Positions 26,291 through 35,599 of a stretch of DNA of 64,000 nt are shown one piece after another (position 1 is the first letter of the stretch; each line of letters begins with the position of its first letter). The stretch covers positions 82,665 to 146,664 of the forward strand of contig BPGW01000004.1 in NCBI GenBank assembly GCA_026003235.1, given 5' to 3'. This DNA comes from Bacteroidia bacterium. Lineage in GTDB: Bacteria; Bacteroidota; Bacteroidia; SpSt-205. Position numbers and translations under genes: made by a program. Under the pieces are notes generated by a model. The model saw only the letters and a list, made by a program, of their open reading frames with translations. It searched no databases and was not told the DNA's origin.

Positions 26291-26755
26291 ATGCGATGGT
26301 GGGCTGGGATAGCGCTGCTGTGGGCGCAGAGTCCCGTGGATTCGGTCTACGGACTGCTGGGGCGCTCCCTGGAATCCCCGGTGTCCCTCTTCTCGGGTCT
26401 TTTACCCAAGGGCACCTTCCAGCGCAAAGCCTGGTACCGCAGTACCCTGGACACCGTGTGGGAAGGGATCCGGCTCGCAGAGGTCCGCTACGCTTTTTAC
26501 CGGGGTAAACTTCATACCATTCAAGTGCGGGTAGAGGGGGAGGAAGCCAGCCGGGCTTTGCTGGTGCTGCTGGAGACGATGTTCGGTCCCGGCAAGCAGG
26601 AGGGCTATGCCCCTCGGTATCGGTGGGTAGGCCAGCGCGCTGCCCTGCTGTACGACCAGAACCTCCTGACCCGCAATACCGAAGTCCGCCTTGAGAGCTT
26701 GGTGCTCCAGCGGCAGCTTGAGCGGGACGCGTATGAGGAGTTTCGGCACCGATGA
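26291..26755 (+). CDS. Hypothetical secreted protein
   Basis: 154 aa. Signal peptide [14 protein letters not shown]. The stop overlaps the nadK start. Confidence 0.4.
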   Translation: MRWWAGIALLWAQSPVDSVYGLLGRSLESPVSLFSGLLPKGTFQRKAWYRSTLDTVWEGIRLAEVRYAFYRGKLHTIQVRVEGEEASRALLVLLETMFGPGKQEGYAPRYRWVGQRAALLYDQNLLTRNTEVRLESLVLQRQLERDAYEEFRHR

Positions 26756-27639
26756 AGAGCCTTGCGCTATTAGGCCGGTGGACACACCGCATCCAGCTTA
26801 GCGTGCTGGAGGCCTGGAAGGCGGAACTGGAGCGGCAAGGGATTCTTCTCTATGTGGAAGAGAGCTTTGGCCAGGCATGGAGCCAGGCCCGCCAAGCTCC
26901 TGTGGAGCTGCCGACTTTCTCACGCTTCTCGGATGTGCCCCCGCCTCTTTTTGCGTTTGTGATAGGAGGAGACGGGGCTTTCTTAGATGCGGTGCGGAGG
27001 GTGGCCCCCTGGCAAGTTCCTCTGGTAGGGGTGCATGCAGGGCGGTTGGGCTTCCTGACCGAAGTGCCCCAGGAAGAGCTCCTCTCCGCCACGCGGGCCC
27101 TCCTGGAAGGCCATTACCTCCTGGAAGAGCGTACCCTCCTCTCTATCGTCACAGAGCCTGAGGTGTTCCTCCCGCACGAAGCTTTTGCCCTCAACGAAGT
27201 CACCTTTTCCAAGGCGGTCACCGCAGAAATGATCCTCCTGGATGTGTACTTGAATGGCGAACTCATCAACACCTACTGGGCCGATGGGCTCATTGTAGCC
27301 ACCCCTACGGGTTCTACGGCCTATTCGCTGGCGTGTGGAGGGCCTATCTTGACGCCGATGTGTCGGAATTTCCTGCTCACGCCGATGGCGCCGCACTCGC
27401 TTACGGTGCGGGCGCTCGTGATTCCCGACGATGGCGTGCTTACGGTGACCTTTCGTTCTCGCACAGGGCAAGTGCAGATTGCGTTGGATGGCCGCAGCGC
27501 AACGGTACCCGATACCACTTTGGTGGCCCTGCGCCGCTCCCCCATGCAGGTCAAAATCGCCAAGTTGCCCGGCTCCAGCTATTTTCGCACGCTACGCGAT
27601 AGGCTCTCCTGGGGCGTAGACCGGAGAGAAGGCCTATAA
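26752..27639 (+). CDS. nadK: NAD+ kinase
   Basis: 295 aa. VIGGDGAFLDAVR (GGDG motif) and VATPTGSTAYSLACGGPIL. Confidence 0.9.
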   Translation: MKSLALLGRWTHRIQLSVLEAWKAELERQGILLYVEESFGQAWSQARQAPVELPTFSRFSDVPPPLFAFVIGGDGAFLDAVRRVAPWQVPLVGVHAGRLGFLTEVPQEELLSATRALLEGHYLLEERTLLSIVTEPEVFLPHEAFALNEVTFSKAVTAEMILLDVYLNGELINTYWADGLIVATPTGSTAYSLACGGPILTPMCRNFLLTPMAPHSLTVRALVIPDDGVLTVTFRSRTGQVQIALDGRSATVPDTTLVALRRSPMQVKIAKLPGSSYFRTLRDRLSWGVDRREGL

Positions 27640-27664
27640 GCCGCCGCAAGCAGCTCTGAAAACC

Positions 27665-29086
27665 CTAAGGCACCACCGTGGGCTGCCTTTGTCGCGCCGC
27701 TTTATGAGCCAAAAATCCCCGCCAGAAGTTCACCCCGTTGTAAAAACAGATGCTGTCTGTCAGCTCTTCGGGCGAAAGGCCTGTTTCTTGGAAAAGGGCG
27801 TATTCTGACTGGAAAAATTTCAGCAGGCCTGGGTAGAGGACAGAAGGATACTCCAGCGCAGTGGGCACAGCGTCCAGGGGGTCTATGAAGCCATCAAAAT
27901 CACTGCCGATACAGAGGGTGCGAAAGGCGTTTTGCGGGGGGATTCCAGCCGCTGTGAGGGTGGTGTAGATATACCGAATCTGCTGGAAGAAAGGCTCTAA
28001 GGGGGGGACTTGACCGTTGCGCGTGGCTTCCAGCAGCTGTTCACCTGCCAGGATCCGCTCATCCAGGATGAGCCCAATCAGTCCGCCGCTTTGGGCAATG
28101 GCTACCAGGTCTTCGTCGTGCAAGTTGATATCCCAGGGGTTGAAGTTCTCGCTTTGGATGCGGTGGCGGGGTTTATCGGGGCGGGGTCGGCGCCGGGCCA
28201 GGGAACGCCCTGAAGCCGCCACATGCGAAGCCACCACAGGCATCCCATACTCCTGGGCAATCTCATACACTTCTCGGCGGGCAGCGTGGTCGCAGTGCTT
28301 GACATCTATCAGGATGCCCTGCCGATAAGCCTCTTCCACAAAGTAGGCCCCATAGCTGGTCAGCCCCCGGTACTGCCCTACGCCGCGCAGGCTGCGGTAA
28401 GGATTAGGTAGAAGGGCCATGGCCCCCCGCAGTTCAATGGCTTTGGCCGGGGTAGCCAGGTGGTTGTACACCATGTGCACCAGCGTAATCATCTGCACGC
28501 CTTTCTGCGCGGCCCACCTAAGCCGCTCTCGGATGGTCCCTCGGTCCAAGGGCGTGAACCCCTCATAGGAAAAGCCTGCAATCCTCGGAAAGTGGTAATT
28601 CCGAAACTCAAATCCTAAGGCGTGGGCTCCTTCAATAGCCAGGATGACCGCCAGGCCGTGGGGGTCAGCCAGAGCGGCATCCAGGTCTTCGGGGCGTTGA
28701 ACCAAGTATACCTGTCCTGGGCCGTCCGGCTGCTTACGGTAGGCCTGGAAAAGGTTGTATTCCTGCTGCAGGATGGTGAAGGGGCTGGATTGGAGCACTT
28801 GCCGCACCCGTTCCAGCCGCATGCGGAAAACGAGCGCGTAAGCCAGAGGGCGCGTCGTAAGGGCAGAAATCAAGTACCTCTCTATGGGATGCAGGGCTAA
28901 GCACACCACCCGTGTGCCTGAGCGCAAGAGCTTCTTGTAGTCGCTCTGGGTGAGTTTAGGCGTGCGACGCACCCGCTCTTCGGGGGTGGCTTTGTCGTAG
29001 TCCTCCCAAGGGGAGTCCACAGCGCTCAGCATGTACGGCTTGAGCGTGCTGTGTACATGCAAGTCAAAAAACCTGGGTGGGGTCAT
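27665..29086 (-). CDS. Peptidase M19 (membrane/renal dipeptidase)-like metallohydrolase
   Basis: 473 aa. The ordered motifs FDLHVHSTL, AIEGAHALG, ITLVHMVYNHLA, IDVKHC, PVVASHVAASG, GLIGLIL and IGSDFDGFIDP parallel the M19 family. Confidence 0.65.
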   Translation of the reverse strand: MTPPRFFDLHVHSTLKPYMLSAVDSPWEDYDKATPEERVRRTPKLTQSDYKKLLRSGTRVVCLALHPIERYLISALTTRPLAYALVFRMRLERVRQVLQSSPFTILQQEYNLFQAYRKQPDGPGQVYLVQRPEDLDAALADPHGLAVILAIEGAHALGFEFRNYHFPRIAGFSYEGFTPLDRGTIRERLRWAAQKGVQMITLVHMVYNHLATPAKAIELRGAMALLPNPYRSLRGVGQYRGLTSYGAYFVEEAYRQGILIDVKHCDHAARREVYEIAQEYGMPVVASHVAASGRSLARRRPRPDKPRHRIQSENFNPWDINLHDEDLVAIAQSGGLIGLILDERILAGEQLLEATRNGQVPPLEPFFQQIRYIYTTLTAAGIPPQNAFRTLCIGSDFDGFIDPLDAVPTALEYPSVLYPGLLKFFQSEYALFQETGLSPEELTDSICFYNGVNFWRGFLAHKAARQRQPTVVP

Positions 29087-30282
29087 CGGTACTTCTCAAA
29101 GAGTTGTCTTTGCGGGTTGTCGGAGAGGTTGACTTCTTGGCCTTCTATCCAGGCGCGCAGGAGGCGAGAAGAAGGCATGTCTAACAGGTCTTTTTCCACC
29201 AGCAGGAGGGAGGCTTTGTAGCCGGGGGCGATGCGGCCCAGGCGGCTCAGGCCAAGCCACCGGGCAGGTACATCCGTCAGGAGGGAAAGCGCTTCTTCTC
29301 GGGAGAGGCCCCAGGCTGCGGCGGTTCCGGCGTTGTAGGGCACGTTGCGCTGGTTCCAAAAACTCTCGTGCCCCAGCATCACGGTCACGCCGCTGTCTCG
29401 GAGGGCTTTCGGGAGCGTGTAGCTGTAGGAGAGGGGGGCGTCTTCGGAGGGGGGTAGCCGATGCGTGCGGGATAGGATCACAGGAACCTGCGCTTGCCGG
29501 AGAAGGCCTGCTACAGCGAGCGCTTCGGCTCCACCTGCGATGGCGGCGCGAAGGTGCCACTTCTGGGAAAGGGCCACCGCCGCCCGAATGTCCTCCGCCG
29601 CATCCACGTGCCAGGTGACCGGCTTCTCGCCCCGCAGATAGGGGCACAGCGCCCGATAACGAAGGTTCTGCTCGCTGGAGTCTCCCCCACACCAGCGCGC
29701 AGCCTCGGCAAAGTAAGCTTCTATCTTTTCCCACCCCTTGCGCGCCTCTTCCAAGGCTTTTCTCTGCTCCTCGTAGGAAGCGTACACCCAAGGCCTGAGC
29801 GAGGGAGGGTATAAATGAAGGCTGGCCTTCTCCAGCACCAGCGCCTCCTCCCGGGTGCGGCCCCTAAGCCTCAGCATGCTGGATTGGCCGGCTATCCAGC
29901 CTCCTTGGGGGGTGGACTCTACATACAAAAGGCCGTTTTCTCGGAGGGTGGGTAGAACTCGGGAGTCTACATTGAACGCCGTGTAAGCTGTTACTTCTGG
30001 CGTGAAAGATCCCACTTCTGCGGCGTCGCGTGTGGCTCTCACGGCTTCTATTTCCACCAGGCCTATGGGGGTATTCAGGCCAATGAGGGCGGGGTAGAGA
30101 TGCTGACCCCGGGCTTCTATGACGGTATAGCCGGGTAGGGCTGGGAGCACGGCCCCTACGGCGGCGATGCTATCCCCTTGGATTAGGACGTCCCCCTGGA
30201 AAGGAAGGCTGCCGTCCCCTCGGTGCACCCAGGCGCCCCGCAAAAGCACCTGGAGCCACAATAAGGCACTTAGCCCGTTCAT
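29083..30282 (-). CDS. Amidohydrolase-superfamily protein with a degenerate metal-binding motif
   Basis: 399 aa. Signal-like N-terminus and an amidohydrolase-type beta-sandwich start (DVLIQGDSIAAVG..IEARGQHLYPALIGLNTPIGLVEI). The canonical HxH position reads NTP. Confidence 0.6.
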   Translation of the reverse strand: MNGLSALLWLQVLLRGAWVHRGDGSLPFQGDVLIQGDSIAAVGAVLPALPGYTVIEARGQHLYPALIGLNTPIGLVEIEAVRATRDAAEVGSFTPEVTAYTAFNVDSRVLPTLRENGLLYVESTPQGGWIAGQSSMLRLRGRTREEALVLEKASLHLYPPSLRPWVYASYEEQRKALEEARKGWEKIEAYFAEAARWCGGDSSEQNLRYRALCPYLRGEKPVTWHVDAAEDIRAAVALSQKWHLRAAIAGGAEALAVAGLLRQAQVPVILSRTHRLPPSEDAPLSYSYTLPKALRDSGVTVMLGHESFWNQRNVPYNAGTAAAWGLSREEALSLLTDVPARWLGLSRLGRIAPGYKASLLLVEKDLLDMPSSRLLRAWIEGQEVNLSDNPQRQLFEKYR

Positions 30283-30821
30283 TAGTAGCCAAAGCTCACC
30301 CGAGCACCCACCTGGTAGCTAAAAGTGGGCTGGAACTCTTCTATGATCTCTCCTCGAGCCCGCACGGACCCAAATAGCTCAAAATGCCGCACTACATTGA
30401 AGAGTACGCCCAGCCCTGCGTAGACATCTGGAACGATGACTGGCTTTTCGGTTGTGCCGCCGTTTCCATCGGGCTGGGGCAGCTTGTTGTAGTAGTAGGC
30501 CCGCCCGCCGAGGTCTAGGTAAGGTAGAAACCAGTAAATCCCGCAATCCCGGGTAAGCCAGGTGCCCAAGATGCCCTGATTCATGCCCAGGCCGAGGACA
30601 TACCCTTCCTTGAGGCCTGTCACATGAGGGGCGCGAGAGCGGCCCCACCCGCCCGCAATTTCCACGAAGGTATACTCGCTATACCCCAAGGGCAGCCGGA
30701 AGGAGGCCCCTATCAGGTGCGGCCCGTACGTGCCCCCTATACCTACTCGCCCAAAACCCCCTATCCCTCTCTGGGCTTGTAAGAGAGCTCCCAGCAGCAA
30801 GCCTAAAGCTATCGCTCGCAT
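30282..30821 (-). CDS. Hypothetical outer-membrane beta-barrel protein
   Basis: 179 aa. Signal peptide MRAIALGLLLGALLQAQ, Gly/Tyr-rich, ends in aromatic ..VSFGY. Confidence 0.45.
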   Translation of the reverse strand: MRAIALGLLLGALLQAQRGIGGFGRVGIGGTYGPHLIGASFRLPLGYSEYTFVEIAGGWGRSRAPHVTGLKEGYVLGLGMNQGILGTWLTRDCGIYWFLPYLDLGGRAYYYNKLPQPDGNGGTTEKPVIVPDVYAGLGVLFNVVRHFELFGSVRARGEIIEEFQPTFSYQVGARVSFGY

Positions 30822-30825
30822 AAGG

Positions 30826-30833
30826 CAAATATA
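30826..30833 (-). promoter_or_regulatory. -7 box TATATTTG, 4 nt upstream of ATG 30821
   Basis: Exact TAnnTTTG match at the head of the OMP / amidohydrolase / M19 run. Confidence 0.55.
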
Positions 30834-30852
30834 CGAAGAAAGGCTTGCCTGG

Positions 30853-30860
30853 TACCTTTG
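30853..30860 (+). promoter_or_regulatory. -7 box TACCTTTG, 4 nt upstream of the udk ATG (30865)
   Basis: Exact TAnnTTTG match, 19 nt from the divergent box. Confidence 0.55.
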
Positions 30861-30864
30861 TCCT

Positions 30865-31500
30865 ATGGCCTACTGGGTGGGTATCACAGGAGGCAGCGCT
30901 TCCGGCAAAACCTTTCTCTTGGAGGCCTTGAAAAAAGCCCTGGACGGCTTGCCTGTTACGTTTTTGTCTACCGACCACTATTACAAGGACCTGGACAAAC
31001 AGCCCCGAACGCCCGACGGGAAAGTGAACTTTGATCAGCCGGAAGCGCTGGACCGGGAAAAGCTCTACCACGACCTGGTAGCGCTGCGGGAGGGCCGACC
31101 TGTCCAACAGCGGGAATACACCTTCAATCAGCCGGGCCGCGCGCCTCGCATGCTCACCTTTGAACCGGCCCCCCTCCTCGTGGCCGAAGGGTTGTTTCTC
31201 TTTTACTGGCCAGAAGTGCGGGAGCTTTTTGACTTGCGCCTCTTTGTGGAAGCGGAAGAGCCCTATCGCTTTTTGAGGCGGCTTGAGCGCGACCAGGCCG
31301 AACGGGGATACCCTCCCGATCTCATCACCCACCAGTACCTGACGCAAGTCTTGCCAGCTTACAAGCAGTTTGTAGCGCCGCTCAAACAGTACGCGCACCT
31401 TGTGGTGCAGAATTCGTATGGGGACCTCCGGCCGTCTCTGCGCGTGCTGGTGGATCACCTCAAAGCCGCGGCCCAAGCAGCCGCTACCTTACAGGGCTAA
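30865..31500 (+). CDS. udk: Uridine kinase
   Basis: 211 aa. P-loop VGITGGSASGKT, then DHYYKD.. and NFDQPEALD. Confidence 0.9.
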   Translation: MAYWVGITGGSASGKTFLLEALKKALDGLPVTFLSTDHYYKDLDKQPRTPDGKVNFDQPEALDREKLYHDLVALREGRPVQQREYTFNQPGRAPRMLTFEPAPLLVAEGLFLFYWPEVRELFDLRLFVEAEEPYRFLRRLERDQAERGYPPDLITHQYLTQVLPAYKQFVAPLKQYAHLVVQNSYGDLRPSLRVLVDHLKAAAQAAATLQG

Positions 31501-31518
31501 GCAAAACCCCACCTGCGC

Positions 31519-31526
31519 TATCTTTG
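31519..31526 (+). promoter_or_regulatory. -7 box TATCTTTG, 4 nt upstream of ATG 31531
   Basis: Exact TAnnTTTG match at the head of the three-gene PPIase/SurA run. Confidence 0.55.
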
Positions 31527-31530
31527 CGCC

Positions 31531-33474
31531 ATGCGATACCCTCTGGCCTGCCTTCTTTTTCTGGCAGGATGGGCGCAGGATTGGAGCAAAAGACAAGCCG
31601 AACTCGCTCGGTTGGGTAAGGATATCCGGGTCACCCAAGCTGAATTTGAGTACGCCTACGCTAAGGCGCATGGGGGGTGGGCTCAGGCAGCCCAGCATGC
31701 CCCAGAGCAATACCGAGCTTACTTGCAGGCGTACCTGGATTTTCGTCGCAAAGTAGCCGAGGCTCAGCAGCGTAAGCTGGACACCAGTCGCGCCTTCCGA
31801 GAAGAGTACGAAAGTTACCTTCGCCAGCTGGCTAAGCCTTACCTTTTGGAAAAAGAAGTCCTGGACACGCTTTTGCGCAAGCTTTACGACCGATACCGCG
31901 AAGAGATTCGGGCTTCGCATATCCTGGTCTCAGTCAGGGAAGGGGATACGGCCAGCGCCTATCAGAAGGCGATGGCGCTGCGGGATTCGTTTTTGCAGGG
32001 CAAGCGATCTTTTGAGGAGCTGGCCCGGCTGTATTCTGACGACCCCAGCGCTGCTTCCAATGGGGGAGATCTGGGCTATTTTTCGGTCTTTGACATGGTG
32101 GCGCCTTTTGAGGAAGCGGCTTATGGGACGCCGCCCGGTAGCGTTTCCATGCCGGTGCGCACCCGGTTTGGCTACCACCTCATCTACGTCAAGGCGCGCG
32201 TACCCCATGCCGGTCAACGCAAGGCGGCTCATATTCTGGTTCGGTGGGGACCAACCTACGCCGCAAAAGATAGCATCCAAGCCGAGCGGCGCATCCGAGA
32301 AGTGTATGCTCGTCTGGCTCGGGGAGAAAAGTGGGAAGATTTGGCTCGCGACTTCTCGGACGACCCTATGACCGCCAGCCGAGGGGGAGAACTGGGCTGG
32401 ATGCGCCTCTTGCCTGAGATGGAAGAAGTCAAACGCCAACTTCCTGCGGGGAGCTACAGCGAACCTTTTCGCACCCGCTTTGGCTGGCATATCCTCAAGG
32501 TTTTGGAAGTCAAGCCTATAGGATCCTTTGAGGAGATGCGCAGCGAGCTCAAGAGCCGATTGCAGCGAGATGAGCGCTACCGGACAGCCGAGCGGCGCTA
32601 CTTTGACGAGCGGGCTAAAGCCCTCGGGTATCAGGAAAATACACCTATCCGCGAGCAGCTTTACAAAGCCCTGGATACCCTTTACCCTGATCTGGAAGGG
32701 GCCTTCACCAACCTTACAGCCGCCCTTCTGGATGCGCCGCTTTTTACGCTGGCCAAACAAAAGCACACGGTCCGAGCTTTTCTAACTTACTGGAGCGAAA
32801 ACCGGGGTCTTCAAGCAGCTCGGAAGCTGACCCCTGAAGTCTTTTCCGAAGCCCTGCAGGCCTTTCTCCAAGAAAAAATCCTGGACCGGGAAATCCCCAC
32901 CCTCTCCAAAAGGTACCCCGAGTTTGAGCTTTTGCGGCGAGAATACTACTATGGGGTGCTTTTCTTCAACATCAGCGAGCAGGAGGTGTGGCGAAAAGCA
33001 GTGGAAGACACAGCAGGACTGCGGGCTTTTTATGAACAGCGGAAGGCCGACTACCCTGCGCAGGAACGGCTGGAAGTGATCGAGGTCCAAGGGGCTGACT
33101 CGGCGGGTTTGGCTGAGCTGCCCCGGCGCCTTCCCGAAGCTTCCCTCCTCGCGCTGGACTCCCTGAATCGGGCCGGAAGGTATGGGTGGCGTATCTTGCC
33201 GCAGTTCGTGGAGAAAGGCAAAGCGACGGCGTTGTATGAGGCGGCTTTCTCCAATGGGGCCCGGGGTTGGACCCCCTTGCAAGGGCAGGGCCGAGACTGG
33301 AAAATCGCCTATGTGGTGCGTAAACTCCCTGCCGGCTATAAAACCTTTGAAGAAGTGAAGGTGGATCTTATTCAGAAATACCAAGAGGAGCTGGAAAAGC
33401 GTTGGCTTGAGCGGCTGCGGGCAGCTTATCCCGCTAAAGTTCATGAGAAAGTACTGGCTCGGCTTTTTCGGTAG
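31531..33474 (+). CDS. Peptidyl-prolyl cis-trans isomerase (parvulin/PpiC type, two domains), periplasmic chaperone-like
   Basis: 647 aa. Signal peptide, and two parvulin cores (IRASHILV..GGDLGYFS..FGYHLIYV and AAHILV..GGELGWM..FGWHILKV). Confidence 0.8.
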   Translation: MRYPLACLLFLAGWAQDWSKRQAELARLGKDIRVTQAEFEYAYAKAHGGWAQAAQHAPEQYRAYLQAYLDFRRKVAEAQQRKLDTSRAFREEYESYLRQLAKPYLLEKEVLDTLLRKLYDRYREEIRASHILVSVREGDTASAYQKAMALRDSFLQGKRSFEELARLYSDDPSAASNGGDLGYFSVFDMVAPFEEAAYGTPPGSVSMPVRTRFGYHLIYVKARVPHAGQRKAAHILVRWGPTYAAKDSIQAERRIREVYARLARGEKWEDLARDFSDDPMTASRGGELGWMRLLPEMEEVKRQLPAGSYSEPFRTRFGWHILKVLEVKPIGSFEEMRSELKSRLQRDERYRTAERRYFDERAKALGYQENTPIREQLYKALDTLYPDLEGAFTNLTAALLDAPLFTLAKQKHTVRAFLTYWSENRGLQAARKLTPEVFSEALQAFLQEKILDREIPTLSKRYPEFELLRREYYYGVLFFNISEQEVWRKAVEDTAGLRAFYEQRKADYPAQERLEVIEVQGADSAGLAELPRRLPEASLLALDSLNRAGRYGWRILPQFVEKGKATALYEAAFSNGARGWTPLQGQGRDWKIAYVVRKLPAGYKTFEEVKVDLIQKYQEELEKRWLERLRAAYPAKVHEKVLARLFR

Positions 33475-34273
33475 TCTGCTGGTAGGAGGGTGTACAAAGG
33501 CTCCTTCTGAGCCCTTGGTGGCGCGCTACCGGGATAAATACCTTACTCGCAGCGAAGCGCTTCGTCGGCTCGCGGTGCCGCCAGGGGCCGATACGCTTTT
33601 GCTTTTGCGCTCCTACGCCGTGGAGTGGATCAAGCAGCAAGCCTTGGCTGATACGGCTTATCACCTTTTGCCGGACCTGCGCCTCCAGCTGGAAAACCAG
33701 GTTGAGGAATACCGCACGCGCCTTTTGATTGCTTACCTTTCTCGCTTGCTCACGCAGAGGCTCCAAGCTCGCTTTGTGCCGTCAGACTCTGCCTTGCTGC
33801 GCCAGTATCAAACTCAGCCCGAGGCTTTTCGGGCCCTTCAGGCGTATTACCAGTACCGCTGGGTCAAACTCCCGGACTCCTGGCTTGCGCGCCGGGAAGT
33901 GGTTCAGCACCTGTACGAGCCAGACTCCCTTTGGCTAAAGTGGATCCAGGAAAAGGGCTATGTCGGAGGGGTTTCGGGTTCATGGGTGCCTCGGGCAGGT
34001 TTGGACAGCTTGCAGGCCTTTTTTCCCACTTCCCTTGCGAGCCTTCCGGTACGCGGTCACACGCAAGCTTCCCGCATAGAAGGAGAGCGCGCATACTTGC
34101 TGATTTTTCAGCTCACAGGGCTAATTTTGCCGGGACAGGTGCTGCCTTTTGAGCTGGTAAAGCAGCAGATTCGGGACCTTCTTCTTCAAAAACACTTACA
34201 TGAGGCGCTTTCAGCTTTTGAGGACACTGTTTATCGGCGGGCGTTGGCTCGGCCTGATGTGGCTTTGTATTAG
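33443..34273 (+). CDS. Lipoprotein, SurA-N/chaperone-like, function unknown
   Basis: Start at MRKYWLGFFGSLLVGGC (lipobox LVGGC). 276 aa. It lies between two PPIase genes. Confidence 0.5.
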   Translation: MRKYWLGFFGSLLVGGCTKAPSEPLVARYRDKYLTRSEALRRLAVPPGADTLLLLRSYAVEWIKQQALADTAYHLLPDLRLQLENQVEEYRTRLLIAYLSRLLTQRLQARFVPSDSALLRQYQTQPEAFRALQAYYQYRWVKLPDSWLARREVVQHLYEPDSLWLKWIQEKGYVGGVSGSWVPRAGLDSLQAFFPTSLASLPVRGHTQASRIEGERAYLLIFQLTGLILPGQVLPFELVKQQIRDLLLQKHLHEALSAFEDTVYRRALARPDVALY

Positions 34274-35573
34274 CGGCCTTTTAGCCCAAATACCGCTTGA
34301 GGGTATCGCAGCGGTCGTGGGGGATGAGATTATCCTGCAGTCGCAGGTGGCCCAACAGTATGCCTACTTCAAACAAATGGGCATGAAGGATGACGGGGGG
34401 CTCTACTGCGAGACGCTGGAGCGTTTTATCATTCAGCGGCTGCTGGTGGTGCGGGCCCGGCTTGATAGCCTCAAGGTAACGGACGAGCAGGTAGAGCGTG
34501 AACTGGACCGGCGCATTCAGCTGCTCACGGCACAATTGGGTTCTGTGGAGGCTATCGTGGAAATATATGGCAAACCCCTTCCTTTGCTCAAGCAAGACCT
34601 GCGTCAGGAAGTGCGAGATCAGATCTTAGCTGAAGAAATGCGCCAAAAAATCACTTCAGACGTCAAGATTACCCCTCAAGAGGTGCGGGATTTTTTTGCT
34701 TCTATCCCGAAAGATAGCCTGCCCTTTGTACCTGCTGAGGTGGAGCTCAGCCAGATTGTGTTGTATGCCCGGCCTTCGCCGGCGGAAAAGGAGGCGGTGC
34801 GAGAGCGGTTAGAGGAGATTCGTCGGGAGATTGTGGCCGGCAAGATGGATTTTGCTTCGGCGGCGCGGGCCTTTTCCCAGGATGTGGCTTCGGCGCGTCA
34901 GGGAGGCTCCCTGGGGGAATTCACCCGGGGGCAAATGGTGCCAGAATTTGAGCGGGTGGCTTTTTCGGTCCCGATAGGCGAAGTATCTCCGGTCTTTGAG
35001 ACGCCCTACGGTTTTCATATCCTCCTTGTGGAGAAGCGGGTGGGCCAGAAAGCCCAAGTGCGGCACATTCTTTTGCGTCCTACCATTTCCGAGGCGGACG
35101 TGGCCGAGGCAAAGCACCGGCTGGCGGTCTTGCGCGAGCAGATTCTGCGGGATAGCCTCTCTTTTGTCCGAGCGGCTATTGAGTTTTCTGAAGATCCGCT
35201 TACCAAAAACACAGGCGGTCGCCTGACAGATGAAGAAACCGGCAGCTATCGCATTCCTTTGGACAAGCTTGATGCGGAATTGTATTTTATCGTGGACCGG
35301 CTAAAGGAAGGGGAAATTTCTGAGCCTGAGCGGTTTACTGCGCGAGATGGTCGGCCGGCCGTCCGGATCGTCAAGCTGCACCGACGCTATCCACCCCACC
35401 GAGCGTCGCTGGAGTTGGACTACGAGCGCTTCGCCGAAGCCGCCCTCCAAGTCAAAAAACAAGAAGCGATAGAAAAGTGGCTTGAACGGGCACGCAAAAA
35501 CGTACCGGTGGAGATTCGCGATCCGCGTTGTCAGGAGGCCCTGGCCGAATGGGAAAAAGCCCTTGAAAAGTAG
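34200..35573 (+). CDS. surA: Peptidyl-prolyl isomerase, SurA family
   Basis: 457 aa. Signal peptide, SurA-N-like region (IAAVVGDEIILQSQV), and parvulin cores (GGSLGEFTRGQMVPEFE..YGFHILLV; VRHILL..). Confidence 0.8.
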   Translation: MRRFQLLRTLFIGGRWLGLMWLCISGLLAQIPLEGIAAVVGDEIILQSQVAQQYAYFKQMGMKDDGGLYCETLERFIIQRLLVVRARLDSLKVTDEQVERELDRRIQLLTAQLGSVEAIVEIYGKPLPLLKQDLRQEVRDQILAEEMRQKITSDVKITPQEVRDFFASIPKDSLPFVPAEVELSQIVLYARPSPAEKEAVRERLEEIRREIVAGKMDFASAARAFSQDVASARQGGSLGEFTRGQMVPEFERVAFSVPIGEVSPVFETPYGFHILLVEKRVGQKAQVRHILLRPTISEADVAEAKHRLAVLREQILRDSLSFVRAAIEFSEDPLTKNTGGRLTDEETGSYRIPLDKLDAELYFIVDRLKEGEISEPERFTARDGRPAVRIVKLHRRYPPHRASLELDYERFAEAALQVKKQEAIEKWLERARKNVPVEIRDPRCQEALAEWEKALEK

Positions 35574-35599
35574 CCCTCTTCTCCTGGTGTTTCTACGCT

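Noticed and set aside
30679-31476. Long antisense ORFs. Examples: 30679..31476(-), 31930..32766(-), 32782..33444(-), 25069..25809(+), 16855..17508(-), 16977..17636(+), 47656..48285(-), 29096..29791(-), 59057..59875(+), 59740..60354(+), 62928..63614(-).
   Set aside because: Each lies opposite a gene with strong family motifs. They have Arg/Gly/Pro-rich low-complexity translations with no motifs. Such shadow ORFs are expected by chance in G+C-rich DNA, where stop codons are rare.
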